Shown piece by piece: positions 37,736 through 50,445 of a stretch of DNA of 64,000 nt. The stretch lies in the NCBI RefSeq assembly GCF_009914755.1, contig NC_060931.1; one strand, given 5' to 3'. The stretch's first letter is position 1, and each line of letters opens with the position of its first letter. Both the position numbers and the translations under genes were made by a program. The notes beneath the pieces were generated by a model. The model was given only the letters and a program-made list of their open reading frames with translations, did not search any database and was not told the DNA's origin. The DNA comes from the human T2T-CHM13v2.0 reference genome, Homo sapiens.

Positions 37736-40700
37736 ATATTATGTTATAATGTATATGTTGTAGCACAGCCAGAACTGTTTTCTAAAATAATCTTGGCCCG
37801 ACATGAAGATATTGCCTTGCTAACCTTTTTTGTAGAGTTAGAGTGGGAAATGATTCAGACTAGAATCCTGTAAGGTTCTGACAGAGGCGATTTTGGAAGT
37901 TTGGATTGGATAAATTGTCAATCAGGATCAGCTGTATGCAATGCCTAAACTCTAGGGTATTGCCATAGAATGTAGCCTTGGTGATCCAACTCTTATTAAA
38001 GCTCGTTTTTTGAAAATTAATACTAAAAAAATAGCCTGAAGTATATGCATCCTGATCCATCTAGTCTGCTAAATAGCATAAAAATGTATCCCTGAATAAA
38101 GTTAGGCAATCAGAAAGCTGCCTGCTTAGATTGTGTGGTTTTGGCAGTCCTTTCGAATTCTGTACATTAAATTGTGCTTTGGCATGAAGTCGGTGAATAA
38201 GGTGGGGCAGCCACAGTGAGAAACAACTCTATGGAGCTCTCTGTGTATTGCAGGTTTATTATAGAGGATGACGCTCCCCAAAATTTCCTCAGTGTCCCTT
38301 CTGTGATGAACCGTAGGAGAGTTTTGTGTAGACTTCAGTGTAGCAAAATGTGTGTTTCTCTGGAACAGCTGGTATTTTTTTATCTTACGCACAATGATAA
38401 CTTATAACTGATCATATTTCTCAATTTATTTTGTCTGATAGGGGAGTCAGAGCTGAATTTATGATCCATTTTAAATTCTTTTGCAGAAATATACACATTT
38501 ATTTCCGAGTTCTTACTCTCTGGCATCTTCATAAAATATGAGCTTCATTTTCTCTGTGTCCTGATTTTCCTAATTTAAAAAGTTTTATTTTACTATGTGA
38601 ATTTTTATAAGCAACTACAAATACTTTTGAGAACAAGGCAGGCTACGTGGTTATTAATGAAATAAGTATAATAAGAGCTAGGAGAGATTGGAGAAGTAAA
38701 AACTCTAACCCCCAGCGTCATAACAAAAGTCATAACAAATGTACCATAATAGTGTAAATTAACCCTGTAAGGTGACTGCTCACCATTTTTTAAAAACTGT
38801 TGCAAAATCAGCCCCAGAAAATCCCTTAAACTGTCTTCAGATTCTTGCCCCTACGCTAGCACCCTGTGGTTTGCTGTTCTCAGGGCTTTCCATTTCTGTA
38901 TAGGGTGGCTCAAAGAAAACAGTTTACCTGAAACAAGAATTTAAACAACTAAAGATAAAGTTGGATGATATGTTTATAATATCTTATTTGAATTATACCA
39001 TCTACATCTTTAAGGACCACATATTCTTATAACTCAGTGTAAGACAGAGTCTTTATTTCTGATAAGAGCTTGGATAGAATATTTTGACATTTACACTGAT
39101 TTTTACATTCTATGCTTCCTCTAATTAGATTACTTTCCCAAGTTGTTTAATTTCAGTCTCCTACGAAATAGAATTCATATGAATAGAAGTGTTTGCTTAT
39201 TTAACAAAAACATATTTTAACAACACTCTATATCTAAGTTTCAGAGACCCAGTTACATTGAGAGAATAGAGATAACTTCATGCTCTAGCCATGCTGGTCT
39301 ATCTTTATTTTTAAAATAAGAATTTAAGCCATACTCCACTATCAGTTTTGTTGGTTTATTAACTGTAGAATACTAAAGTAACTGATGATCACAGGAGGTT
39401 CCTGTTTAAGTTCATTGGACTGAGGATGATAAATCTCTTAAGAGGAATTTAGATTAGTAAATGTACAGCCCTCACAGGTCATATTAAGCTTATTATTCCC
39501 AAATATGACTTTGGTTCTTTCCATAGAGCACAATTCATACTCCTCCATGGTCCCAAGGAGATTATAGATGTAAACAGGAATTTTCTCTTGTGGAGTGAAA
39601 GAGGAATCCAGCAGGATGTGAACCAGGCTAATAAAATGTGAATTTATGGGCGTTCTGCTTCTGAACCCACTTTCTGTGTCTGTTAAGTCCAGGTCTTCCT
39701 AATCCTTCCCCACTGCAGACAGGTGCTGCTCTTCTTTTTATATAGTTATTGAATATTAACTACAAAAGTGTGTTCTAAGATAATATTAGGATTCTGGCAT
39801 TCATAGCCACTGAAGGCAAACAAATCAGTGCTCAGGTGAATTAAGAAGAACCAAAGCCCCAGTCGAACAATCTCTGAGACAGTGTTTGGCCATGTATTTG
39901 AATAAAGTATAAACAGCTTCCTTAAATTTTTAAAATGTTTTAGTTAGTTCTGAAAAAAACTTTTGTCTTGATAATTGTCTGCATATTTATTTATAAAGAC
40001 TGATAATTGATCTAAAATATTCAGAAAGAATTAAGCAGTAGACATTATCCCAGACCCATATGGCAACCATTTTATGAAACTTTATTTAGCACTCAAACAA
40101 ACAAACAAACATTCCCAGTGAAAAAAATACTGAGCACTGTATTTCTCATACAGTCACAAATAAATTTTGTGGTTTTCTAAGATACCTAACACTTTTCTCA
40201 AAGTGAGAAGCTTTTCAAAGTTAAAGTCAGTTATTCATGTGGAGTGATTCTTAAAATGCGTAAGAATGTAAATAGCCAAAAATTGAAGTTAACCTCTTTT
40301 GACAATTCTGTAATGTCTACCATTACAGATTCAAAACAAGACAATAATTCTATATGAAAACTTTACTAGTTTGGTCCTAAAAAAAATCTAGGATAAAAAG
40401 ATATGTGGGATGCTTCCACATACTATTTCATAAAATTATGCGATTTGATCTGCTTGTCGTAGTCTGGAATGTATTTTCCCTGGTGTTTGGCTTTTTCCCC
40501 CTCATGCCTGAAATGAATTTTCTGCAGTTTACATCTTTGCTACATACTATGTAGTCTGAACAAAAATATCATCCTTCTCTAGGGAGTGAGTGAAGCAAAT
40601 GCTTCTTTACATGGGGTATTTCACCACCTATACTTCTTCAGGTGCTTTTGTTTAGAAATGTCACTCAGTTCATTTTTACTCCTTACTGTATTTTTAATGT

Positions 40701-41199
40701 AGTAAAATCTCCTTTGTGTCATGTCTATTATGAACTCTTTTAATTTCAACCTGCTGCTTGCATAAGTCTTAACCTATCTAAAATACTGCCACCTATTTCC
40801 TATCATTTCTCTTCTTTGCTTTTTTGTTTCTTCCCACTTTTTATTGCCTTTCTTAGTGTAGGCTCTTTGGAGATAATCAGCAAATATTTGTTGAATAAAT
40901 GAACAAATAAACAAATTCATCTGTTACATCTACCATATATTGCCTCATGTTGTAATTAAATTGTGTACAAATAAACTGTAAGTTCCTTGAGGGATATAAT
41001 GTAGAAATACATCCCCTCCTCCACACTTATAAGTGTGCACACCCACATACATATACACAGTACCTTGCTCAGAATATTTCCAAGGTAGATTGTAGATGTC
41101 AAAATGTTTATATTGAATATGTATGTCAAGGTAGGTTAGTGGCATATCAAAACATGGAATATACTGACACCACATCTTAAATGTGATGCTATTCTTTTT

Positions 41200-42110
41200 T
41201 ATTTATTCATTCAACAAACATTTAGGGAGTTCCATAGTATGCCACACATTGTTTCTGATACCAACACAGTGGTGGTGAATGAAATAGATGGAGTTTCTGA
41301 CTTCATAGGTCTTATATTCTAGTAGAGAGACAATAAACAAAGAGATGAATAAATATGTGACATGCCATTATTAATAACATGCTATAAAGAAAATGAAACA
41401 GGGTCCTTGCAGTGACCATGAAGAAAAGGGCTACATCAAATCAGGCCTCTCCACAGTGATATTTAAGTAGAGATATGCATGAAGCAAAGGAATGAGTCAT
41501 GTAGCTATTTGGTAGAACAATGGTTTAAGCAGAGAGGACAGCAAATAAACAAGTTCTTAGGCCAGAATGAAATTGGCCAGTTCAAGGATGAGCAAAATAG
41601 CCAATGTGGTGAGCTCATGTGAATGAGACAGAGGACTGGATTATCTACCTGGGCATATCCACTTGAATGTTACACAGGCAACTCTAATGAGAAGGAGCCA
41701 GCAAAGGAGCCTGCGATGCCTTGGCCACTGAGGAAGAAGTAAAATTAGGGACTATGAACCCTTGGAGCACAAAGTGTCCAAGAAGAAGGGGATGATCTTC
41801 CGTGTTCAGCACTGCAGAGAGATCATTTAAAATGAATATTGAACATTGATCAGTTGCTTTGGCCAGAAGAACATCCATGGAGATCTTTAAAAGAATGGTT
41901 TCCATAATGAGTGGGGATGAGCACCCAACAGGAGTTGGTGGAATAAAGAAGGAGAGGTGAGAAACTGGAGAGAGTGAATATAGGTATATTTTGAGCAGGC
42001 AGGAGTTTCTTTAGAAAGGAAAACAGCAATGGAGAAGTTCTGTGGGGGATACTTAGGGCCTGGAGAATTTTTTGTTTGCTTGTTTATTTTGTAAGATGGT
42101 CAATATTACA
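41200..42110 (-). mobile_element. L2 (3' portion, internally deleted, with a short inverted piece)
   Basis: tttattcattcaacaaacattta...tatgccacacattgtt...cttatattctagtagagaga; ggagccagcaaaggag; gagaggtgagaaactggagagagtgaatatag. Confidence 0.8.
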
Positions 42111-42116
42111 GCATTA

Positions 42117-44940
42117 CAAGTTGAGCATTTCTCATCCAAAATCTGAATCATCCAAAAATCTGAAATCTGAGATGCTCCAAAATCTGAAACTTTTTGAGTG
42201 TTGACATGATACCAGAAGTGAAAAATTTCACACTATACCTCATGTGCTGGGTCATATTAAAATGCAGGCACACAACACACAATTTATTCAGCATCTCCAA
42301 GGGAGAAAACACCCTCCCAGCCCGCATCAGCCGTGATAGATCTGTTTCCCACACGCCCAGATTCCTCCATGCAAGCACACCCACAAAGGGTAATAAAATG
42401 GCACGTGTGCAGGCCGGGTAAGCCAACAGCAGGGTCTTCTTCATGCCCCACATGGGGCCAAGACCTACAGACATTGCTCACTGTACTTTTTGCTTATTCT
42501 CTGCTCTGTGGTGTAAATATATTGTTAAAAATGTCAAAAAGGTGTGTACATACCCCAATGGCTAACAGGAATAAGAAAAAGAGGAAGAACTTATGTTGAT
42601 CTATGGCACAGAAGGTCACACTGTTGAAGAAACTAGACAATGGTATAGTGTGAAATGTCTTACAGAAGAGTATGGTGTTGGACTGACTCCTGTATATAAC
42701 CTGAAGAAACAGAAGGATACACCGTTGAAGTTCTTCTGAAAGTGATGAACAGAAGTTAGTGAAAGATAGAGAAACACTACATAAAGTTAAAAATGAAGAT
42801 CTCAATCATGTATTGAAAGAGTAAACCCTAAGTGTTGCAGTGAACACATCCACTTTCTTGCATACTGATGGTAAAACAAGAAAAGATCTATCACAATAAA
42901 CTGAAAATTGAAAGGGACTGTGAATATTCAACAGACTGGCCACAGAATTTTTTTTAAAAGACATGACATGAAAATTTTAAGGACATTAGGTATATAGCAG
43001 CTGCTCATCATAAAACACCAGAGAAATTCATTGATGAGTGTGCCAAGGCCATTGATGATGAAAATATGACACCAGAACATATAATGAAAATATAATGCTG
43101 ATAAGACTTCATGCTTTTGGCTTTATTACCCCAGAAAGACACTGACTACATCACGCTTTTGGCTTTTTTACCGCAGAAAGACACTGATTACAACAGGTGA
43201 GACAGCCTTTATAGAAATTGAGGATGCCATGGACAAAATAATTGTGCTGAGATGTGTTAATGCAGTAGGCACTCATAAGTGTAAACTGGCTGTGATAGAC
43301 AGACCTTTGCACCCTTGCTGTTCTCAAGGAGGGAATGTCTTACTAGCCCGTTATTATGCTAACCCAAAGGTATGGATCATCAGAGACCATTTTGCTGGTG
43401 GGTTTCACAAGCATTTTATACCAGTGGCTTGTGCTTACTGCAAGGAAGCTGGACTGGATGACAACTGCAAGATTTTCTTATTCCTCGACAACTTTTCCAC
43501 TCATCCTCCAGCTGAAATTCTCATCAAAAATAACGTTTATCCCATGTACTTTCCTCCAAATGTGACTGTATTAATTCAACAATGTGACCAACATATTCTT
43601 AGAAGAATACCTTGAAGAGTAAATATAAATACCTTGAAGAGTAAACATAAAAACAGCTTCTCAAACAGCACGCTAGTAGCAGTGAACAGAGGAGAGCATG
43701 TGGAAGGTTTTCAAAAAAGTTTAGCATGAAGGGTGCTGTATATGCTGTTGCAAATGCTGGGAACACAGTGACTAAAGACACAGTTGTGCATGCCTGGCAC
43801 AATATCTGGCCTGAAACTATTCAGTGATGATGATGAAAAAGGTGGCGATGTAGAAGGATTTCATATGCCAAGTGAGAAAGAAATACTGTCTGACCTCCTT
43901 AAATAGGCAAAAAAAATGTACCTTCGAAGTCCATCAGTAAGCTGGCAGAAGTCAATATTGAAGAAGTTTTTAACATCAATAATCAAGCTCCGGTTGTTAA
44001 TTCCTTAACAGATGGCGAAATAGCCAGGGAATGGTTCTGAATCAAGGTGATTGAGATAACAGTGACAATGAAAATGACATTGTTAACTGTAGAAAAAGAG
44101 TCTATAAATGGCATGGTGAAATGTGAAAATGTGTGGTGGTGGTCTTTTTGAAGGACTAGAGCAGTGTGCGTTTGTAACAGAAAAATAAATGATGTAAGCG
44201 GATAAAATCAAAGAGCTCTCTAAAACAAAACCATTGTTAATGAGGCAGATGACTCTGGAGGAAACATTTAAAAAAGCCATCCGGGAGGATGCTTCCTCAT
44301 CCCTGCAGGACCCACTTCCTGGTCCCTCAACTGCTTCTGATGTTTCTTCTCACCTAAAAAAAAAAACAAAAAAAAAAATACAGTGCACAGCAACCTTTTC
44401 ATCAAAGCACAGCACTGTAGGTGGGGACTGAAAGCCTGCCATTGTTTGTTGTTGCTGTTGTTTGATAGCTGATACAGGTATTCTGGTCATACTACTGGGC
44501 TGCTTCATTATCCTGAACACATTGTTTTTATCATTGTATTAATAGTATGTCATTTTTTAACTGTTAAGTACTTATGTGTGAATAAGTATAAGAAAATGAT
44601 GGCTTATAGGTAGCATACAAATTCAGAGTCAGGAATGATGGTCATGCCAAATAACCACAGATTGCCTCATGGGTGGCTGAGATAGTCACACCTTTGTTTC
44701 TGAGGGTTTAATGTTTACAAACGCGGTTTCATGCACAAAATTATTAAGCCTATTGAATAAAATTACCTACAGGCTCTGTGCATAAGATGTATGTAAAACA
44801 TAAATAAATTTTGTGTTTAGACTCGGATCCTATCCCCAAGGTATCTCATTATGCATTTGCAAATAATCTAAAATTAAAAAATTTTTAAACTCTGAAACAC
44901 TTTTGGTCCTAGCCATTTCGGATAAGACATACTCAACCTA
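42117..44940 (+). mobile_element. Apparently full-length Tigger4 (Zombi) pogo-like DNA transposon
   Basis: TA at 42115-42116 and 44941-44942; TIRs caagttgagcatttctcatcc and ggataagacatactcaaccta; 2824 bp; the 5' region matches the remembered Tigger4 consensus; transposase remnants inside. Confidence 0.92.
42531..44360 (+). pseudogene. Disrupted Tigger4 transposase (CENP-B/Jerky-like HTH plus DDE_1 domain)
   Basis: Starts MSKRCVHTPMANRNKKKRKNLC then a stop at 42597-42599; YNAD at 43091; LFLDN...HPP...FPPNVTVLIQQCDQ in ORF 43229-43615; several frameshifts and stops. Confidence 0.88.
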
Positions 44941-45451
44941 TATATACAAATGTTATAAAGAGAACAATATATTCAATAATAAATAATCTCTGTTCTCTGC
45001 CTGTAAAATAAGGGTGAGAAGTTGTGATTGGGTCACAATCAGCTTGACTGATATCATTTATACACACACACACACTCAAATGCATGTTAGTTCAAGGTTC
45101 CAGAGATTGGCTTTAGTAACTGAGAGAATATTTAATATTGAGATAAGGTCTTCAGATTTTTTAACTTCCTTCATCTCATCTCTGCCTCCCTGAAAAACCT
45201 ATTGATGTGTTTGTGGAATATTCATTCATTCATGTAATAAATACTTCTAAAATTCATTCAACACTGTTCTGGGCTTGGAGTGTGGAGAAGAGAAATGAAC
45301 AGACTTGTCCTCTACCTTCTTGGTATTTGCACTGTCTGTTGATTCAAAGAGAAGGTAGCCTATTTTTTATCATTTGCATCTCGTAAAGTTTGTCTAAATA
45401 GCACAGGTCTAAATAGCACAGGTTGAAATGTCTAATTTAAAATTTGTTCAT

Positions 45452-45534
45452 TTTTTTTTAACTTTGAAGTTCAGGGTTATATGTGCAGGATGTGCAGGTT
45501 TGTTACATAGATCAATGTGTGTCATGGGGGGTTG
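45452..45534 (-). mobile_element. Extremely 5'-truncated L1PA (about 83 bp) with a perfect 16-bp TSD
   Basis: aagttcagggttatatgtgcaggatgtgcaggtttgttacatag is the antisense L1PA 3' terminus; tttaaaatttgttcat at 45436-45451 and 45535-45550. Confidence 0.9.
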
Positions 45535-47764
45535 TTTAAAATTTGTTCATATTTCTATGGGACTAATTTAATTTCTATTTTTATAAGAACATTAAAATGA
45601 ATAAATTCCTTTGTTGTGTTTCAGAGGCTGTCAAGAAATTTTGGAGTATAGTTTAATTTTATTGTGAAAATTATTTTTAATTACTTGCAGCTTCTGTGAT
45701 TATTAATTCCAGTGATAATAAGTAAAACCTTTAAGATATTGAAAAGAATATATTTGGCATAGGATTGTGAAATGAGCTTTCCAAAAAAGATTCTGTGAGA
45801 AAAAAATACTTTCATTCCAGTGAACATCCAAGACTAGGACACACACACAAATCTCATATTATCTGGGATAAATATATGCATTACAGTCATAACTAACCAT
45901 TATATTTGCTAGTGACTCCTCAGGCAAAAATTATTGACTGTGTATTATGTGTTTGAGTGACATTTTTGTTGTCATTTCTGCCTTAGCTTTTACCAAAAGT
46001 TTTTTGAAACTTGAAAACTGAGCTACTTGCAATCCTCTGGGGGCCAAGTGCAAGAGGAAAAATTTTATGTGAATTTGTTCCATAATGATATATGCCCAGC
46101 ATGGGGTGGAATGCGAAGAAGGAAAAAGGTTGAAGACATTGAACAACTTTATTGAGCCTCCTGTGTGGTGTCTTTACAGTAGGACATTATTATTTCCCTT
46201 GGAGTGGATCCCCAGCGCAGCAGATTCCATCTTAGTCAAATGTCAGTGTAAAAACACAATTGCTTGATTCAAAGTACAAGCTTTCCTAGGATGATTTGCC
46301 AGCTTGGGTTATTTTCTTTTCCGTTTGCTTCCATTTATAACAACAACCGACAGTTACTTGCACCTATATAAGACTTATGACAATTTTTCCTCTTAATTAA
46401 TTGCATGGTTTTATTTGCTTATCTTTTACTTGCAAAATCTGCAATAAAATTCCAGTCTCACGTGTCCCATGTGTTTTAAGTTTATTTTTTCAGATCCCAT
46501 AAATGTTATTTAGTTTAGTAAAATTGAAGTCAACTTATAAATGATAAACAATTTCAAGAAAGTAAGATATCTTCCTGGATTTGAGGGAATCAGTAATATT
46601 TGTTGAGGACCTAATACATGCTGGATACTGTTCCTGGTGTCATGGGAGAAACAGTGACATCACAGATGGACCTTGGCATCACGAAATTAGAATTAAACTG
46701 GGGAAAGACACATACACATACCGAATTCACTGAATATAAGAAAGAATGCTCCTTTGGAGTAAAGTTTTCAGGTTAATAGTTTGTGAGTTATTTTTTCCCC
46801 ACATTCTCTCTTAAAATGCTTAAATTTTTTTTTAAAGTTAAAATAGTCTAGTAACGAGAAAAGACTGTGGTAACTTTTCAAGGGGACTTACCTTGGAAGA
46901 GGAAATAGTTTAGCCGGGGAGAGGTGAGATACAATGGCAATACAAATTTCAGCCTCAAAATAAAAATGTTAAACCTTTAAGTATTTTGTAATTAAAAAAT
47001 AGAATCTTAGTTCTAAGGAAGCTGATCCATTATTTATCCAAGTCTTTTTAAAGAATGGTGAAATACCAAAGAAGAAAATTTCAGACAAACCAGAGCATTT
47101 TTACCCAGAAAATTATACACCCATAAAAGAGAATAATGATTAAAAATTGTGACTCTTATGATAGCTTTTTTTTCCCCATAAACAACTTGCATAATTGTAT
47201 CTGGAGGGAGAGTTCAGCACAAGTCTTTCGTACCTAGACTCTGCGGAATCAAAGTCTTGCACCCTGGCAGACTAAACTCTGCTCTTAATCCTTCTGGGGT
47301 GGATAAATTAAGTTTCACACATTTAATTTTTTAGATCTCATTGATACTACAGTGCATTCGTGATTTGAAATCTCATTGGTGCTACAGTGTATTTGTGATT
47401 TCATGGATATTGTGAACATCACAGATCCACTCTGCTGTCCTTGGCCTAAACATCTGTGAGGCAGACAAAATGCGAGGGAATACTGAGAACTTCAGTTAGG
47501 TACAGGGTAATGAAAACAAATGCTCTCTTCACCTCATCTCATTTGTGTAGAAGTTATGTTAAAATTAAACAGAAGGGAAAAACTGTAATGACAGTGGTCT
47601 TAATCCTTTTGTCTAATTTGATCATAGGCAAAATGTTTGTCAGTTCAGTTAAGTATACTGAAGGTTCAGGGGAGAATCTGGTAATCTTCAATGTCAGCAG
47701 CTTCAAATTTTTTCTTGAAAATTTATTGGTGGCTAAAGGTACGTCTCCTATCAGAAATGGAACA

Positions 47765-47900
47765 AAGGGAGGGAGGGAGGGACAGAAGAAAAAAGAAATT
47801 TTAAAGGAAGAAAGAAAGTCAGGTAAGAAGGGAGGAAGGAAGGGAGGAAGGGGGGAAGGGAGGGAGGGAAGGAGGGAGGAGGGAGGGGAGGAGGAAGGAA
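47765..47900. repeat. Purine-rich (GGAG/GGAA) low-complexity tract
   Basis: gggaggaagggggggaagggagggagggaaggagggaggagggagggg-type runs. Confidence 0.9.
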
Positions 47901-48283
47901 AATCAAACATGTTAGCATCTAATTAATTTTTCATCACCGTCTTGCTTCTCTTAGAAGTTCATTTGCCACCTGTCAGCCAAATTTCAGATAGACCCTTTCA
48001 GCAAAGTCTGTATTCTCTGTAACCAGCTCACCATGCCAGCTCCTTCATGCAGCTCTGAAGCAGGTCTTGCAACTACCATTATCTTGGGATTGACATTGTA
48101 GTACTCTTATGCTTAGAACATGATTGGATAGGGTTGGAAAAACAGGGATTAGGGAAACCAACTCTCTGTTTCCAGAGGCATGAATGAGCAAATGAGGCAT
48201 GAATGATGTTTTGCAGGATCCTGCCTCATCATGGGATTGTGTTTTCTTTATTCTACTGTAATCTAGCAACCTGTATTAGTATC

Positions 48284-48434
48284 TCATTTAAAATAACCCA
48301 TTAAGATATATAATATATATTATATTCATACACACACATACATATACATACATAGTATATATGTATGTAAGTGTATATACATATATATGTGTATATGTTA
48401 TATATTATATAGCTCAATGGGATATTTTAAATGA
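48284..48434. repeat. Imperfect inverted repeat (36-bp arms) around a TA/CA-rich core
   Basis: 48284-48319 versus the reverse complement of 48399-48434: 33/36 identical by my alignment. Confidence 0.85.
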
Positions 48435-48442
48435 AATTTTAC

Positions 48443-48488
<46 letters not shown>
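48443..48488. repeat. Compound (AT)n(AG)n microsatellite
   Basis: atatat...atagagag...gag. Confidence 0.95.
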
Positions 48489-48493
<5 letters not shown>

Positions 48494-50384
48494 CATGTAA
48501 GCACTACGAACTCATAGATAATTGGTTTTAAACTGCAGTCCTTTCATTAAGGGGTTCCTTTCTTCGTAAATTGTTTCTAATCTATATGTCATTCAGTGCC
48601 ATGTAAAAAATCTCATGGTAATAATTTCAGCATTATTTACATTTTCTCCCCCAAACTAGAAGTTAATCAAGTATTGTCCCCACTTTTTTTTCTGATTCTC
48701 AAACCCAACATTAGCACGAGACCATTCATTTAAAAATGAGATGATAATATAATCCACACCAATCATATACCACTTCATCTCTATTTGGTGGCATTACCCT
48801 CTATAATATATCCTAACTGAGGATATTTATAATTAGAAGACTACCACTTCCCACTCAGGTTTTATTTCAACTTCTCTTAATTGGTAACTTGACTCAGCTT
48901 CCGCTGTGATGACTACTCTGTCTGGCTTCTCTCCCTTCCACCTGTGGGGTGCACCTTCAAACCTTCTGCTTTTTATTGCACACATTCCACTCTAGAAAAC
49001 TACTCCACCTTTGACAGCTGAATCCTTTTCTTTCTTACCTTAAATCCAATTCATAACTAACCTTAAAATTTCCCATTTGACAAATGTCACAAGGACTCTT
49101 AATGGAAATTTCTTTTATTTTCTTTAATGTATTGTAAATGCTTTCATCTAGTGATCTATGTCTTAGGCTTCTAATAAATTTCTTCTTCCATTCCTAATAC
49201 AAGGTATTATATGAAAAAAATAAATAAATAAATAAAAATAAATACAAACATTATATATGTGTTTTACATTATGTATTATATGAAATTAGTAGACAAAATT
49301 AACTTTTTTCTCTATTATTTTTAAACTGGGGCAAATGACATTTTGAATTGTGTTCTATGCAATTTTTAAATTTGAAAAATCTTTTTTTAGATAAAAGGAT
49401 AGACATTAATTTAAAATCCTAGTTCAGTATCTATTTTGTATTTCATAAGGTTAGTTTTTGACAATATTTATTTTTCAAACCAAGAATTCTGGACCACCAT
49501 ATTTGGTATTTCATATTAAATAAGGAATTATCTTTAAATACCCAATCATCTGAAAGTATTTAATTTTGAAAAATAAAAAATCTTAAAACAGATAATTTAT
49601 TGATTATTGTTAGCCTTATGATGATTATATGGATATTTAAACTTAATTGAATGTGTATTTTGAACCCAACATTCCTACAATGTGGGAATAAAAATAATTT
49701 CTATGAAAAATTAAATACATCTTTTGTAGTTATTATGAAGGTGGATTTGGACTGACTTTAGAAATTGGCTGAATTGAATGACTTTCTGTGCAAATGGAAA
49801 AGAACCGACCAGTTTTGGGTGTAGCTGCACTTTTAAGAGAAGAAAAGAAGAAATGGAGAGAGACTAGAACTCCAATTAAGATGGCTTTTGAGAATATAGC
49901 CCTTGAGTATTCTTTGGAGTCTTGAATTTGATTCATTATTCTAATCTCATTTTATTTGTCTAATCTCACAGCTTCCTCCCCTCCCATATTTACAAATGAA
50001 GCTTAATAGTGAATTATGTTAAAAATACTTTCTGATTCTATACAGTTTAAAAAATATCTATACATATACCAGAAACATAGAATAATTGACTAAATCTGAA
50101 GAGGGTCTAAAAATTTAGATTTCTTTTTATGTGAGATTAGATTCCCACTGGCTAAGCCATACCAGTACTATGGTTTGTATGCACTGTAAAACGAGGGTAA
50201 CAAGTAGAAAATTACAGACAAAGTCACTATTTCATGTACCCTTTTTGCCACATACATTATTTTAGCTATTTCCAGCAAAAATGATGGCAGTTCTGATTTC
50301 TTCTCAGTAGGATATTTGGAGTAAGTTTAACAGCTTAGGAAGAACCCATTTTGTTTTTTATAGAAGAACAAATTTCCACACTTA

Positions 50385-50445
50385 ATATATATATATATAC
50401 ACACATGTATATACATATATATATATAGACACATATATATGTATG
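50385..50445. repeat. Degenerate (TA)n/(CA)n tract
   Basis: atatatatatatatacacacatgtatatacatatatatatatagacacatatatatgtatg. Confidence 0.85.

Noticed and set aside
43229-43615. 128-aa DDE ORF as a domesticated TIGD/JRK-like gene
   Set aside because: It sits inside a TIR/TSD-bounded Tigger4 with an upstream stop and frameshifts, and this frame lacks the HTH and the first catalytic Asp.
47456-47926. Longest ORF (156 aa) and its antisense 118-aa partner
   Set aside because: Length comes largely from the stop-free GA-rich tract; non-ATG starts and no recognisable domain.
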